64,000 nt of DNA from a virus (Duplodnaviria > Heunggongvirae > Uroviricota > Caudoviricetes), in IMG/VR virus record IMGVR_UViG_3300042562_001169; one strand, 5' to 3'. The translations under genes were made by a program, and so were the position numbers. The stretch's first letter is position 1. Every line of letters starts with the position of its first letter. Under the pieces are notes generated by a model. It was not told the DNA's origin, ran no database searches, and saw only the letters and a list, made by a program, of their open reading frames with translations. Of the stretch, positions 53,716-63,066 are shown one piece after another.

Positions 53716-53893
53716 TATGGAAATTAAAATAAGTAGTTTAGACCCAACCGGTGTATCAGATGAAATTTTCTCAACTGATACACATATAAAGTATTTTCGG
53801 TTTTTAGTTGAAATAGACGGAGTTAAATATATGTTAACCAAATTTGACTCTTACGTAATTGAAAATAATAACCCAAATAAAACTGAAGAGTAA
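53705..53893 (+). CDS. hypothetical small protein
   Basis: ORF. Confidence 0.35.
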   Translation: MLSNMEIKISSLDPTGVSDEIFSTDTHIKYFRFLVEIDGVKYMLTKFDSYVIENNNPNKTEE

Positions 53894-54084
53894 TGTATAT
53901 CATAGTTTGGAGAAATAGTCACCGGGAACCATTTATTGATGTGAATCATAGTCAATTTATGGAATCGTATTATAGTTACGAGGAGGCTAAGGCTGTTGCC
54001 GAAGAAATTGTTAAGAACGAAAGTGAGGGTGAACCAAGTCCTTGGTATTTTGATTATAAAATTTATGAAGAGGCAAATGGATAA
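53893..54084 (+). CDS. hypothetical small protein
   Basis: ORF. Confidence 0.35.
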   Translation: MYIIVWRNSHREPFIDVNHSQFMESYYSYEEAKAVAEEIVKNESEGEPSPWYFDYKIYEEANG

Positions 54085-54239
54085 AAAATTAGACATTAGT
54101 TGGAAATCTTATTCAAAAACCTTACCTTTGTCCAGAGAGATATATTTGGAAGTATTTGGTGAGCCAAAGACCCACGCAGAATGGGCGGATAGTTTTAATA
54201 AAATAGGAAGAATAAACGGATTAATAATAAAACACACAA

Positions 54240-54557
54240 ATGGCAACTAAAAAAGAAAAGAAAGTTAGAGAAATAATTGATTTGGACCACGATACCCTTA
54301 TGGACTTGTGGGACAATGTTGGTTATAAAGGTGATAGTCACGAATTAAATGGTGAGACATATACTCACGTTGATAAAATAAACACATCGGATAAGTCCGA
54401 CGGTGATTCTTGGGATTACATTATACAAAGAAAATCAGATGGGAAACATTTTAAATTTAATGTTTGGGATGCTGGTTCACATAATGGATATGTCTTTGAA
54501 GATAAGTTCTTAAAAGAAGTATTCCCTAAAACAGTTACAACAACCAAATATAAATAA
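54240..54557 (+). CDS. hypothetical protein
   Basis: ORF. Confidence 0.45.
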   Translation: MATKKEKKVREIIDLDHDTLMDLWDNVGYKGDSHELNGETYTHVDKINTSDKSDGDSWDYIIQRKSDGKHFKFNVWDAGSHNGYVFEDKFLKEVFPKTVTTTKYK

Positions 54558-54558
54558 A

Positions 54559-55062
54559 ATGGCGAAATACGATAATAAAAACAGAAAACCCCACTTAGGA
54601 TTACTAAATTTTGAGGGTGACACATTCAGAGCATACAAACTTGGTGTTTCTGATTACGTAATTGTGGATGACCACCACGAGATAATTGAATTTACCAATA
54701 CAAAAGGTATAATCTTTATTATGAATGGTGGTAAATCTTTAACAACAAGTTATGGTAGAACATATACCATCCCAAACGAACACGAGAACGCAAGACCATC
54801 TGACGAACAATTAAGAAGTTTCTTGGGGTTGGCATCTTTGGAACAAGAAGAAGATGATTTGGAACTTTGGGAGTCCGTTCAATATAGAATGGATGCAGAA
54901 GGTTTTGACTATTGTTTTGAGAGTTATAGTCATTGGGATGAAATCAAAGATGAAGAATTCCACCGGTTAAGAAAAGAGTTTTTAAGAACGATGGAAGAAC
55001 TGAGAAACTATATTGATAATAAAGTTGATGAAGGAAGACAAAAAGAGTGGGATGGGGAATAA
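54559..55062 (+). CDS. hypothetical protein
   Basis: ORF. Confidence 0.5.
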   Translation: MAKYDNKNRKPHLGLLNFEGDTFRAYKLGVSDYVIVDDHHEIIEFTNTKGIIFIMNGGKSLTTSYGRTYTIPNEHENARPSDEQLRSFLGLASLEQEEDDLELWESVQYRMDAEGFDYCFESYSHWDEIKDEEFHRLRKEFLRTMEELRNYIDNKVDEGRQKEWDGE

Positions 55063-55391
55063 TCCACAAGTAATTCACGATGAATTGTGGGACCATTACA
55101 GCGGGTTACCAAATCCGATGTGGTATCAACATATTACAGAATTAGAAGATGAAGAAGAAGATACAAGTGATAGTGATGATACTGAAGTTACTACTGAATA
55201 AAATAAAACAAAAAAGAAAAAGTATATGGGATTTATAGATAATCTTTACGCTGTGTATGAAAAAGTACCAGCACACGGGAGTAAAGAACATAATGTAATC
55301 TTGGCTCCTTTCAAAACTAAAGAAGAAGCAGAACAAAGCAGAATTAAATATGGTTATAACACCGATAATTATTACGTAGATATTTTGAAAT

Positions 55392-56663
55392 ATGAATAAA
55401 TTAGACAAAACATATCAGGACTTACTCCAAGACATTCTTGACAACGGAGTAGTAAAACAAGACAGAACAGGGACGGGAACAATCTCGGTATTCGGAAGAC
55501 AAATCAGACATAAAATGTCAGAAGGATTCCCATTACTTACAACCAAAAAAATGCCATTCAAAACAATCGTAACAGAACTTCTTTGGTTCTTAAGAGGTGA
55601 TACCAACATTAAGTTTTTGGTTGATAATGGATGTAATATTTGGAATGGTGATGCTTATAAGAACTACATAAATAACCCAGCTTACAAAGCTGAATCTGTT
55701 GCCGATTTAATGGGTTCACAAGCAGGTCAATTGGTAAAATGCTCAACACAAGAAGAGTTCATCAACAAAATAAAGACAGATGATGAGTTTGCTAAGAAGT
55801 GGGGTGAATTGGGTCCAATTTACGGTAAGCAATGGAGAAATTGGGGGAGGTTTGAGTATGAAGGTTTCACCCAAGAAGGTAGCGAAACATTAAATAACAT
55901 AGATGTAAATTGGAAAATACCAACAGACCAAATCCAAAACCTAATCAACGACCTTAAAACAAATCCAGACTCAAGACGATTGATGGTTAATGCTTGGAAT
56001 GTTGGAGAACTGGACCAAATGGTTCTTCCACCTTGTCATTATGGATTTCAAGTTTATACAAGAGAGTTGAGTAATGAAGAACGATTAGATTGGATGAGAG
56101 GTAATAAGTCTAAAGTAATCTTACCAATGAGAGACCCTAATATTGAGTTTTCTATGGATGAATGGTTTAGACCATACGGAGTTCCTAAACGAGCAATCTC
56201 TTTAATGTGGAATCAACGTTCAGTAGATACATTCTTAGGATTACCATTCAACATTGCTTCTTATGGATTGTTATTAGAAATAATTGCAAAAGAAGTTAAT
56301 ATGGTTCCTGACCAGTTGATTGGGAATCTTGGTGATGTTCATTTATATTCAAATCATATTGAACAAGCCAAAGAACAAATTGGAAGAGAATATACTCACC
56401 AAGAAAGAGATGAATTGTTACAACAAGAGATGGGTAGAGAAAGATATAATAAGGCGGTTGATGAATTGATGCCGTTCGGTGGGGGATTAAGTGGATATTA
56501 TGAATTTTATAAAATTCCATATAGAACAAGAGAACCTTATCGATTACCAACATTAGTAATGGTTACTAACCCCGATTTAAAGTTTGATGAATATGTTTAT
56601 GATAATTTAAAACTTGTAAACTATCAATCACATCCAACCATTAAAGCACCTTTAAGTAATTAA
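55392..56663 (+). CDS. thyA: thymidylate synthase ThyA, long form with small-domain insert and extra C-terminal insertion (423 aa)
   Basis: DRTGTGT, PLLTTKK, LPPCHYGFQVY (catalytic Cys), DTFLGLPFNIASY, GDVHLYSNH. Insert ...DEFAKKWGELGPIYGKQWR as in the L. casei/B. subtilis ThyA type. Confidence 0.9.
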   Translation: MNKLDKTYQDLLQDILDNGVVKQDRTGTGTISVFGRQIRHKMSEGFPLLTTKKMPFKTIVTELLWFLRGDTNIKFLVDNGCNIWNGDAYKNYINNPAYKAESVADLMGSQAGQLVKCSTQEEFINKIKTDDEFAKKWGELGPIYGKQWRNWGRFEYEGFTQEGSETLNNIDVNWKIPTDQIQNLINDLKTNPDSRRLMVNAWNVGELDQMVLPPCHYGFQVYTRELSNEERLDWMRGNKSKVILPMRDPNIEFSMDEWFRPYGVPKRAISLMWNQRSVDTFLGLPFNIASYGLLLEIIAKEVNMVPDQLIGNLGDVHLYSNHIEQAKEQIGREYTHQERDELLQQEMGRERYNKAVDELMPFGGGLSGYYEFYKIPYRTREPYRLPTLVMVTNPDLKFDEYVYDNLKLVNYQSHPTIKAPLSN

Positions 56664-56665
56664 AA

Positions 56666-56902
56666 ATGTTAATACATATTCAGACACAGGAATTGGAAAA
56701 AGAGTTTATAAATCCGGTTAAAAATGGGTTTGTATTTCAACCGGCAATTGATTACCAAACAAATGCCATCCACGCACAATTTGAAGGGAAAGATGTTATC
56801 ATCTTTAACTTCAAAAAGTATGGATGGTTTAACGATAACAGATTTAACACCTACAACCTATCATTAGGACCGGCAGGTATAACAATTGAAATACTATTAT
56901 GA
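56666..56902 (+). CDS. hypothetical small protein
   Basis: ORF. Confidence 0.4.
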   Translation: MLIHIQTQELEKEFINPVKNGFVFQPAIDYQTNAIHAQFEGKDVIIFNFKKYGWFNDNRFNTYNLSLGPAGITIEILL

Positions 56903-57105
56903 CTATAACACAAATAACGACACCTACTTTTGAATATGACGGTGAAAAATATAGTGTATTTATCCGAAGGTTTATAGATTTTAATGATTTTCAAAATTAC
57001 TTGGAAAGAAAGGAAAAATTAGGTAAAACAAAATTATTCATTCATTCCATATTTACATTACCTGAACAAACAGAAATTTGGATTAAATATCAAATACTAT
57101 TATGA
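56899..57105 (+). CDS. hypothetical small protein
   Basis: ORF. Confidence 0.4.
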   Translation: MTITQITTPTFEYDGEKYSVFIRRFIDFNDFQNYLERKEKLGKTKLFIHSIFTLPEQTEIWIKYQILL

Positions 57106-57320
57106 TAGTTAACGAAAAGGTGGATGATAAAGGTAGAGTTGTTGAAAAGAAAATAACAGGTTCTTACTATAATTCCATTTGGAGTTATATCTATGACGAT
57201 AAAAACCAAACCGTAACCCAAAAAAGAAGTGATTCACCTTTTTATAAAATTATTACGGATTTAATAAGTAAAACAAGTAAAATCGTTTGGAACGATGGTA
57301 AAGAAGAACAAATAATATGA
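57102..57320 (+). CDS. hypothetical small protein
   Basis: ORF. Confidence 0.4.
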   Translation: MIVNEKVDDKGRVVEKKITGSYYNSIWSYIYDDKNQTVTQKRSDSPFYKIITDLISKTSKIVWNDGKEEQII

Positions 57321-57583
57321 AAAGTCCATTAACCGGAAAAGAAATGAAACTAATGTCGGAACCATCCACAATGGATTATAAAGGTAAGACATACAATGTG
57401 ATTCACCACCATTATCTGTGTGAATTAACAAATGAACAATTCACAACATCAGAGTTAGATGAAATGAATTTATTAGAACTAAACAAACAAGTTAAACTTG
57501 ATTTTTTAGACCAATTCGAGGCAACTGAGGGGAAAATTAACATAGCAACCTTATACGAAGGTAAAGATAAACAAACAATATGA
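57317..57583 (+). CDS. hypothetical small protein
   Basis: ORF. Confidence 0.4.
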   Translation: MKSPLTGKEMKLMSEPSTMDYKGKTYNVIHHHYLCELTNEQFTTSELDEMNLLELNKQVKLDFLDQFEATEGKINIATLYEGKDKQTI

Positions 57584-57771
57584 AAGAATCGACAGAATTT
57601 GAAATGATGAGGTCACTCCATACATTATGGGTGAAAGGGTTAATAACTTTTGAACAAGTTGAACTATTATTAATTCAAAATAACCAATTAGAACTAACAT
57701 TCTTAAATAAGAATGAATTTATGGCAGAAACATTAGATGGAAAAACAAAATATAGACTCGGAGAACAATAA
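57580..57771 (+). CDS. hypothetical small protein
   Basis: ORF. Confidence 0.4.
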   Translation: MKESTEFEMMRSLHTLWVKGLITFEQVELLLIQNNQLELTFLNKNEFMAETLDGKTKYRLGEQ

Positions 57772-58090
57772 TTACTTTAAGAAAAATAAAGTAAAAATTA
57801 ATAAAATTGTTAAGGAATATGAAAATGCCACCACAAAAGAAGTTTGGGAAGGTGTAAGAGATAATTTTACCTTTGGGTTCATAGGAGCTACCTTAGTAGT
57901 TTTCATAGCAACACGGACAGATATTGCAGTTTTAATGGGGTATATAATATATTACTTCTTTATGGGTAAGATTGTGAACCGACCAAAATACGTGACTGAT
58001 TTGGGTAAGTTAATTGTATTCCCGATACCGTCAGCGTTGGGTGCATTTGCCGGATATAAATTAAGTTATGTTCTACTACATTTAATATAA
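57737..58090 (+). CDS. small membrane protein (2 TM)
   Basis: Hydrophobic segments. Confidence 0.4.
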   Translation: MEKQNIDSENNNYFKKNKVKINKIVKEYENATTKEVWEGVRDNFTFGFIGATLVVFIATRTDIAVLMGYIIYYFFMGKIVNRPKYVTDLGKLIVFPIPSALGAFAGYKLSYVLLHLI

Positions 58091-58096
58091 AAAAAA

Positions 58097-58125
58097 CCGA
58101 CTGATGTCGGTTTTGTTGTTTTAAG
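58097..58125. terminator. bidirectional terminator hairpin (accgactgatgtcggttttgtt)
   Basis: Sits between convergent genes. The stem resembles the hairpin at 52453-52478 (ccgacattgatgtcgg). Confidence 0.6.
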
Positions 58126-58888
58126 CCAAATTCAAATTAGCACTTGTCATAACTGAAGCTACTTTATCTTGATTATGTAAATTTGTACTTTTTCTATCGG
58201 AAATTGCTTGTTTAATTAATTCTTCATCAGATTTACCTGATTTAATACCTTCATCTAAACTTTTTGCAAATTTCTTAAAATATCCCGGACCATTCCAGCA
58301 AGCGTATGAAAAGTGCATTAATAAACTATCATTAGCCTCAACACGTTTTTTAAGTTCAGGATTTGTAAAATAGTTTTTTGAATTAGTGTCATATTGATTT
58401 TTCATTATTTTAGCGGCTAAAGTTTTTAATGTATCCTCTAGTTGACCCCCTCTATAATAATGTTTCCAAGTTTTACAAAACTGTTGCATACCTAAGTCAG
58501 TTTTTTCTTTATCAATAATTCTAAAAAATTCCTTACCCTCAGGTGAACTTTCAATACTACCATTGTATCTGTCAAGACCAAACATAGTTTCTGTTGATAC
58601 ACCCATTCCTTTAGTTGAATGTCCACATTTAGGATTCCAGTAACCACCTTCAAATTCGTCAATCACTTTTTTGGTTACGTTTTCCCATTTAGAATCAACA
58701 GACCCTGAACTTAAATCAAATTTTCCAATTGCCGATTTTATTTTATTTCCAAAATCACCGGTTTTAAGCATATTAACAATTGTATCTGCCAAACCTTTAA
58801 GTGCGTCACCGGCTCCTTGTTCGTTAATATTATATAATGATTTAATATTGTTTTTTTCTTCTTCGGTTATTAATAATTTTTTTGACAT
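58121..58888 (-). CDS. putative peptidoglycan hydrolase, GH108-like N-terminal motif (FEGGYWNP...STKGMGVS)
   Basis: Resembles the GH108 signature EGGYxNDPxDxGGxTxxGI. Weak, motif-level only. Confidence 0.35.
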   Translation of the reverse strand: MSKKLLITEEEKNNIKSLYNINEQGAGDALKGLADTIVNMLKTGDFGNKIKSAIGKFDLSSGSVDSKWENVTKKVIDEFEGGYWNPKCGHSTKGMGVSTETMFGLDRYNGSIESSPEGKEFFRIIDKEKTDLGMQQFCKTWKHYYRGGQLEDTLKTLAAKIMKNQYDTNSKNYFTNPELKKRVEANDSLLMHFSYACWNGPGYFKKFAKSLDEGIKSGKSDEELIKQAISDRKSTNLHNQDKVASVMTSANLNLA

Positions 58889-58940
58889 ATCAAATTTTCT
58901 TTTATTATAAATACTAACATATTTTAATATATTTATAAAT

Positions 58941-59330
58941 ATGAAAATAACGATTAAACATATTGATTCGGATGTCCCAAAAGAGAATTATGAATTTTAT
59001 AATGATTTTATCCAATATCTACAAAAATCTTATCCGTTAAAAAATAATATAATAATTAAGTTTGTTGGAAAAAGAGTTGGAGGTATGACTACCGGACAAA
59101 GAAATACTCAAAATGAGTTAATAATATTATCTAAAGGTAGAATGAATAGGGACATTTTAAGAACACTTGCTCACGAATGGGTTCACGAATATCAAAGAAC
59201 CATTTTAAATCGAGACCAAGGTCCTGATATAGGTGGAAAGAATGAAGATGAAGCAAATTCTGAGTCAGGTTCGATAATTAAGAAATTTGAACAATCTCAC
59301 CCTAAGGATGAGAAAAAAATGTATGAGTAA
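58941..59330 (+). CDS. small SprT/WLM-like zincin (LAHEWVHEYQ), with a MKITIKH leader variant
   Basis: HExxH motif in a 129-aa protein. atatatttataaat lies before the ATG. Confidence 0.4.
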   Translation: MKITIKHIDSDVPKENYEFYNDFIQYLQKSYPLKNNIIIKFVGKRVGGMTTGQRNTQNELIILSKGRMNRDILRTLAHEWVHEYQRTILNRDQGPDIGGKNEDEANSESGSIIKKFEQSHPKDEKKMYE

Positions 59331-59891
59331 TTACGTTCCTTTAATGTATACCCAATTTTTTTGATAATTTTTATTCTTTATACAGAATAACGCATATCCG
59401 TTAACAATAGGTCTCCCGGTATTATAACATCCGCAAACTAAACCCCAATTTCCGTATCTACCGTATAATTGATTAAGTAATTTCATACTTGTCCGGATAT
59501 TGAGTTCAATGTTATTTTTTAAATCCCCTTTTGATATTTTTTGTTTATGAATATAATTTGCTGTTGATGGCATAATTTGCATTGGTCCCACAGCACCGGC
59601 AAATGAAGTTTGTCCGGGTTTATATTTCCAATCAAATGGTCCTTTATAGTGAGTTTCTAAATACGCAACATTAAAGGCGATGTATTTGGGTATTTTGTAA
59701 ATATTGGAGTAGTGGTCAATTAACTCGTACATCTTTAACGGAGTTGGGGAACTCACATCCGAGTTCCCCAATTCTGAAAGTTCAATACTTAGTTTTTTTT
59801 CTACTTTATTGTTCATCAGTTTGAACGACATTGTTATAATCATTGTCGACAAAATCAGTGTCGTAAATAAGATAATTCCTCGTATTTTCAT
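59331..59891 (-). CDS. lytic transglycosylase (SLT domain) with N-terminal signal-anchor
   Basis: AYLETHY (catalytic Glu) ... SFAGAVGPMQIMPSTANYI. The likely start is MKIRGIILFTT at 59891; the track start is upstream. Confidence 0.65.
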   Translation of the reverse strand: MKIRGIILFTTLILSTMIITMSFKLMNNKVEKKLSIELSELGNSDVSSPTPLKMYELIDHYSNIYKIPKYIAFNVAYLETHYKGPFDWKYKPGQTSFAGAVGPMQIMPSTANYIHKQKISKGDLKNNIELNIRTSMKLLNQLYGRYGNWGLVCGCYNTGRPIVNGYALFCIKNKNYQKNWVYIKGT

Positions 59892-59896
59892 AGTTT

Positions 59897-60238
59897 TTAT
59901 TTTATAGTTGATGTCGAAACAGGGTTGTTTTGACCCCATACGTTTTTGGCGTATAGTTTAAAAATTGTTTTACCAATTGAGTCTTGGTATATACTATAAT
60001 TACCTGTTTTTTTCTCAATAACGATTAAATGGTTATTTTCATCTATCGCAAGATTGACTTCTGACTTAACAATTGTTCTCACTTGAACCTTTGAAATCTT
60101 GTCTTTGTTTATCATTTGGTTATAAAATATCCCGATAAAGAACGACGCAGTTACAGAACATAAGATAATTCCGTAAATTGTTACACTTTTAAAAAAAGGT
60201 GTAATTTTTTCTTTTAAACTTTTTAGTTTTTCATTCAT
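59897..60238 (-). CDS. membrane-anchored protein upstream of the transglycosylase (possible lysis accessory)
   Basis: N-terminal TM (IYGIILCSVTASFFIGIF). Confidence 0.45.
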   Translation of the reverse strand: MNEKLKSLKEKITPFFKSVTIYGIILCSVTASFFIGIFYNQMINKDKISKVQVRTIVKSEVNLAIDENNHLIVIEKKTGNYSIYQDSIGKTIFKLYAKNVWGQNNPVSTSTIK

Positions 60239-60323
60239 AATTTTTAATTTTTAATGTTTTGACAAAAATAAAGCTAAGAAACGAGTCCACCAACTTTATT
60301 AACAAAAAGTTGTTAATATCTCA

Positions 60324-60749
60324 TTACGAGATACTAACAACTTCTAAATCAAAGATTAATTTTTTTCCTGCTAAAGGATGATTGGCGTCTAAAGTAACAG
60401 TTTCTTCGTTAACTGCAATTACTAGTACATTCACCGGTCCTTGAGGTCCATTACCTTGTAATGATTCACCAACTTGAATTCCTTCAGGAACATTAGCTCT
60501 TGGAACTTCGTTAATAAACTCAGGTTTTGGTTCACCGTAAGAATCTTCAACAGAAAGCTCAATAGTTTTTTTATCACCTTCAACCATATCGATTAAACCT
60601 GATTCAAATCCTTTAATAAGTTGTCCTAATCCTAACTCAACCTCTAATGGTTCACGACCTTCAGCGATTGATGTGTCAAAGATTGTTCCGTCTTCTAATC
60701 TTCCTGTGTAATGTACTTTTACTTTACTCGTTGTTTCTACTTTTTTCAT
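60324..60749 (-). CDS. FKBP-type peptidyl-prolyl cis-trans isomerase, SlyD-like
   Basis: VKVHYTGRLEDGTIFDTS ... LAGKKLIFDLEVVSI with an inserted IF-domain segment; aligns to SlyD/FkpB. Confidence 0.8.
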   Translation of the reverse strand: MKKVETTSKVKVHYTGRLEDGTIFDTSIAEGREPLEVELGLGQLIKGFESGLIDMVEGDKKTIELSVEDSYGEPKPEFINEVPRANVPEGIQVGESLQGNGPQGPVNVLVIAVNEETVTLDANHPLAGKKLIFDLEVVSIS

Positions 60750-61057
60750 AAATTAAATGTTTTTGATAATAATAAGATTAATAAAAATAAAAATCAAACA
60801 TTATTGATTAAAAAACAAATAATCACTATAATTATATTAATAATTAACCCCCAAAAACCCTTATAATCTTATGTCAAACGAAGAACACGTTGAGGAAATG
60901 TACTATTTCGCTCACATTTCAGGAGTATTTAAAGAATTCTCAAATGAAGTAACTAAAATTAGAAATAATGACCCTAAAAAACATTTTTCGGAGGTTGTTG
61001 AAGACGTGTTTAATAAATTTGTTAACGGAGGATTAATTCAAAGTGATTTACACCTAT

Positions 61058-61363
61058 TTATTTAACATCAATTGTTGATGTTAGGTTAATATTTTCTTTT
61101 TTACCCATATATTTCCAACCTTCTAAGACCAAATGTTCCATTCCTACCGGAAATGACTCTAAACATAATTCAGGGTCGGTGGTGAGTAACTTACAATCAA
61201 CGGTAAAACATTTATTATTAGTAGAATATCGGATAAAATTGACTACAATGACGCTACCCACACCAAATAATAGTTCAAGGTCGTCTTTTAGGACAATATT
61301 TATAAAAAATTCAAAAGCTTTCTTCATATTATTAAATATAGGTGGAAAAATAGGTTTTTCCAA
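61058..61363 (-). CDS. hypothetical protein
   Basis: ORF. Confidence 0.4.
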   Translation of the reverse strand: MEKPIFPPIFNNMKKAFEFFINIVLKDDLELLFGVGSVIVVNFIRYSTNNKCFTVDCKLLTTDPELCLESFPVGMEHLVLEGWKYMGKKENINLTSTIDVK

Positions 61364-61371
61364 TTAACCAT

Positions 61372-61662
61372 TTGATTTATATTAAATCATTATTTATAAT
61401 TAAAGAAAAAACTATGTATTTAAATGTAATTTTAACGATTTTCGTGGTTGTCCAAGTTGCCACACTAGTATTAATCTATAAATGGTGGGACAAATACGGA
61501 AGAAAACTATTCACATCATTTACTGATATGAAAAAAGGATTTTCAGATAACCCATTTGTTGGTCCCACGAGTAAAGGTCCAAACCCATTTGGAAATATTC
61601 CGGATATGAGTCAAATGATGAAACAATTTGAATCTATGACCAAAAATATGGGAAAAAAGTAA
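61372..61662 (+). CDS. small membrane protein
   Basis: TM segment LNVILTIFVVVQVATLVLI. Confidence 0.4.
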   Translation: MIYIKSLFIIKEKTMYLNVILTIFVVVQVATLVLIYKWWDKYGRKLFTSFTDMKKGFSDNPFVGPTSKGPNPFGNIPDMSQMMKQFESMTKNMGKK

Positions 61663-61685
61663 GTTATAACTGAGAAAAATAGAAA

Positions 61686-61718
61686 AAGGAGTTAGTTTTT
61701 TACTAATTCCTTTTTTTA
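61686..61718 (+). terminator. rho-independent terminator
   Basis: aggagttagttttttactaattcct followed by ttttttt. Confidence 0.65.
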
Positions 61719-61733
61719 TTTGGAAAAATGTCT

Positions 61734-61741
61734 TATCTTTG
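61734..61741 (+). promoter_or_regulatory. Bacteroidota-type -7 box TAtcTTTG
   Basis: Upstream of the 61757 gene. Confidence 0.45.
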
Positions 61742-61756
61742 TAAAAAATATTAAAA

Positions 61757-62392
61757 ATGGAGCCAGAAAAAGACATATTCGACGAATGGGCGGACGAAAG
61801 AAAAAAAGAATCGTGGATTATGAGAAAACTACGTTTTATTCCGGCATGGTGGGACCACGATGGTCAATATTACCATAAATACGTTAAAATGGGTGTAAAA
61901 AACCTAATTTATTGGTTCCCAATCATATGGAAAGACAGAAATTGGGATAGTCATTACATCTTTGATATAATGAAACATAAATTATCGGGACAAGCTGATT
62001 ATATTGGACGTAGAGATTTACATACACGTGCACAAGAAGACGCAAAAAGAATGAGGTTATGTGTAAAATTGATGGGTTTGGTTCAAGAGGAGTTTTATTC
62101 TTCTGAATACTCCGATTTTCATAAAACCAAACATTGGTTTGAACCTGTTCCGGATAAACCAAATTTATCATCTTGGGAATCACGATTATTAGAAGAAAAT
62201 TTTGATGATTACTTCAAAAAATACCCATTAATTTACAAAAGAGTGTTAAATGGCGAGGGAGTATTTAATAGAGAAGGTCGTGAGGAAGATAAACAAATCA
62301 TTGCGATGAACATTGGACATATAAACCACGACAGAGCAAGAAAATTGTTATTCAAAGTGATGGAAGAAAATATCGAGAGATGGTGGGATTAA
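61757..62392 (+). CDS. hypothetical protein (211 aa, Trp-rich)
   Basis: ORF. Confidence 0.5.
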   Translation: MEPEKDIFDEWADERKKESWIMRKLRFIPAWWDHDGQYYHKYVKMGVKNLIYWFPIIWKDRNWDSHYIFDIMKHKLSGQADYIGRRDLHTRAQEDAKRMRLCVKLMGLVQEEFYSSEYSDFHKTKHWFEPVPDKPNLSSWESRLLEENFDDYFKKYPLIYKRVLNGEGVFNREGREEDKQIIAMNIGHINHDRARKLLFKVMEENIERWWD

Positions 62393-62678
62393 TATGAGCA
62401 CATTTGATGAAGTTTGGGATAAAGTTGCGGAAGAACTCCGAGGAAATCTAACTGTTGAGGAATATAAAGAGTTAATCACTCTTGAATATGTATTAACTTG
62501 GGGTTATGGAAGTCCTGAAGACGATGAACGGTTTAAAGAATTAAGAATTAAAAAACACGGAGTGTAATGAGTAACGAATTAATTTTTACAATAGTATTTG
62601 GGTTAGCTTATTTGGGTGTAATAATTCTATGGGTAGAAGGGATTGATTATATGAAAAAAAATCATCCTGATTATAAAG

Positions 62679-63032
62679 GTGAAGATTTATTTAACGAAGA
62701 AGAAGGTAAAGACGAAGAAAAAAATGATTGAAGATACAAAAGGACATTCAACAAGACATAAGGCTAAAGAATATCCATTAACATATAAAAAAAATATGAA
62801 AAACTATGTAGTTGGAATTTTAAGTATGTATGAAAATGACTTAAAATTATTTAAAGTTGAAGCTGAAGACAAATATGAGGCTTTAAAAAAAGGGATGGTG
62901 GATTTTACTTCGGAAGAGTATAAAGAACACGAACTTGAATTCCAAAATGGTGCGATATGTCCCCCCAATTTTGAATCATTAACCGGATTTTATAATGTTG
63001 GAGATATAATGACAAATGTTATAGAAATATAA
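62679..63032 (+). CDS. hypothetical protein (likely start MIEDTKGHST around 62724)
   Basis: ORF; upstream small ORFs at 62400-62568 and 62568-62732. Confidence 0.4.
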   Translation: MKIYLTKKKVKTKKKMIEDTKGHSTRHKAKEYPLTYKKNMKNYVVGILSMYENDLKLFKVEAEDKYEALKKGMVDFTSEEYKEHELEFQNGAICPPNFESLTGFYNVGDIMTNVIEI

Positions 63033-63042
63033 TATTTTTTAT

Positions 63043-63050
63043 TATCTTTG
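63043..63050 (+). promoter_or_regulatory. Bacteroidota-type -7 box TAtcTTTG
   Basis: Upstream of the 63067 gene. Confidence 0.45.
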
Positions 63051-63066
63051 TAAAAAAATAGAAATA

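Noticed and set aside
55392-56663. Intron or intein in the long thyA
   Set aside because: The extra length is explained by in-frame protein insertions of the long ThyA type plus a C-terminal insertion. The reading frame is continuous with all catalytic blocks in order.
4842-62183. Many other antisense or overlapping track ORFs (4842-5114, 6927-7133, 7042-7242, 9280-9498, 10946-11137, 12195-12383, 12834-13103, 17710-17919, 17903-18118, 20131-20337, 20799-21005, 21323-21538, 22752-22952, 25058-25312, 25562-25744, 28651-28851, 29034-29252, 29425-29649, 31133-31381, 32154-32342, 32389-32598, 32789-33133, 32937-33221, 33159-33362, 34660-34845, 37767-38075, 38264-38458, 38459-38689, 40599-40868, 41726-42097, 42422-42772, 42618-42893, 42989-43315, 44981-45187, 46509-46790, 47403-47606, 50171-50446, 50727-51014, 52193-52411, 53653-53841, 53851-54096, 54416-54625, 55142-55408, 55415-55609, 56296-56553, 58671-58910, 61179-61367, 61543-61776, 61923-62183)
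   Set aside because: Each lies wholly within or antisense to a longer, motif-supported or coupled ORF and has low-complexity or hydrophobic composition typical of AT-rich shadow frames.
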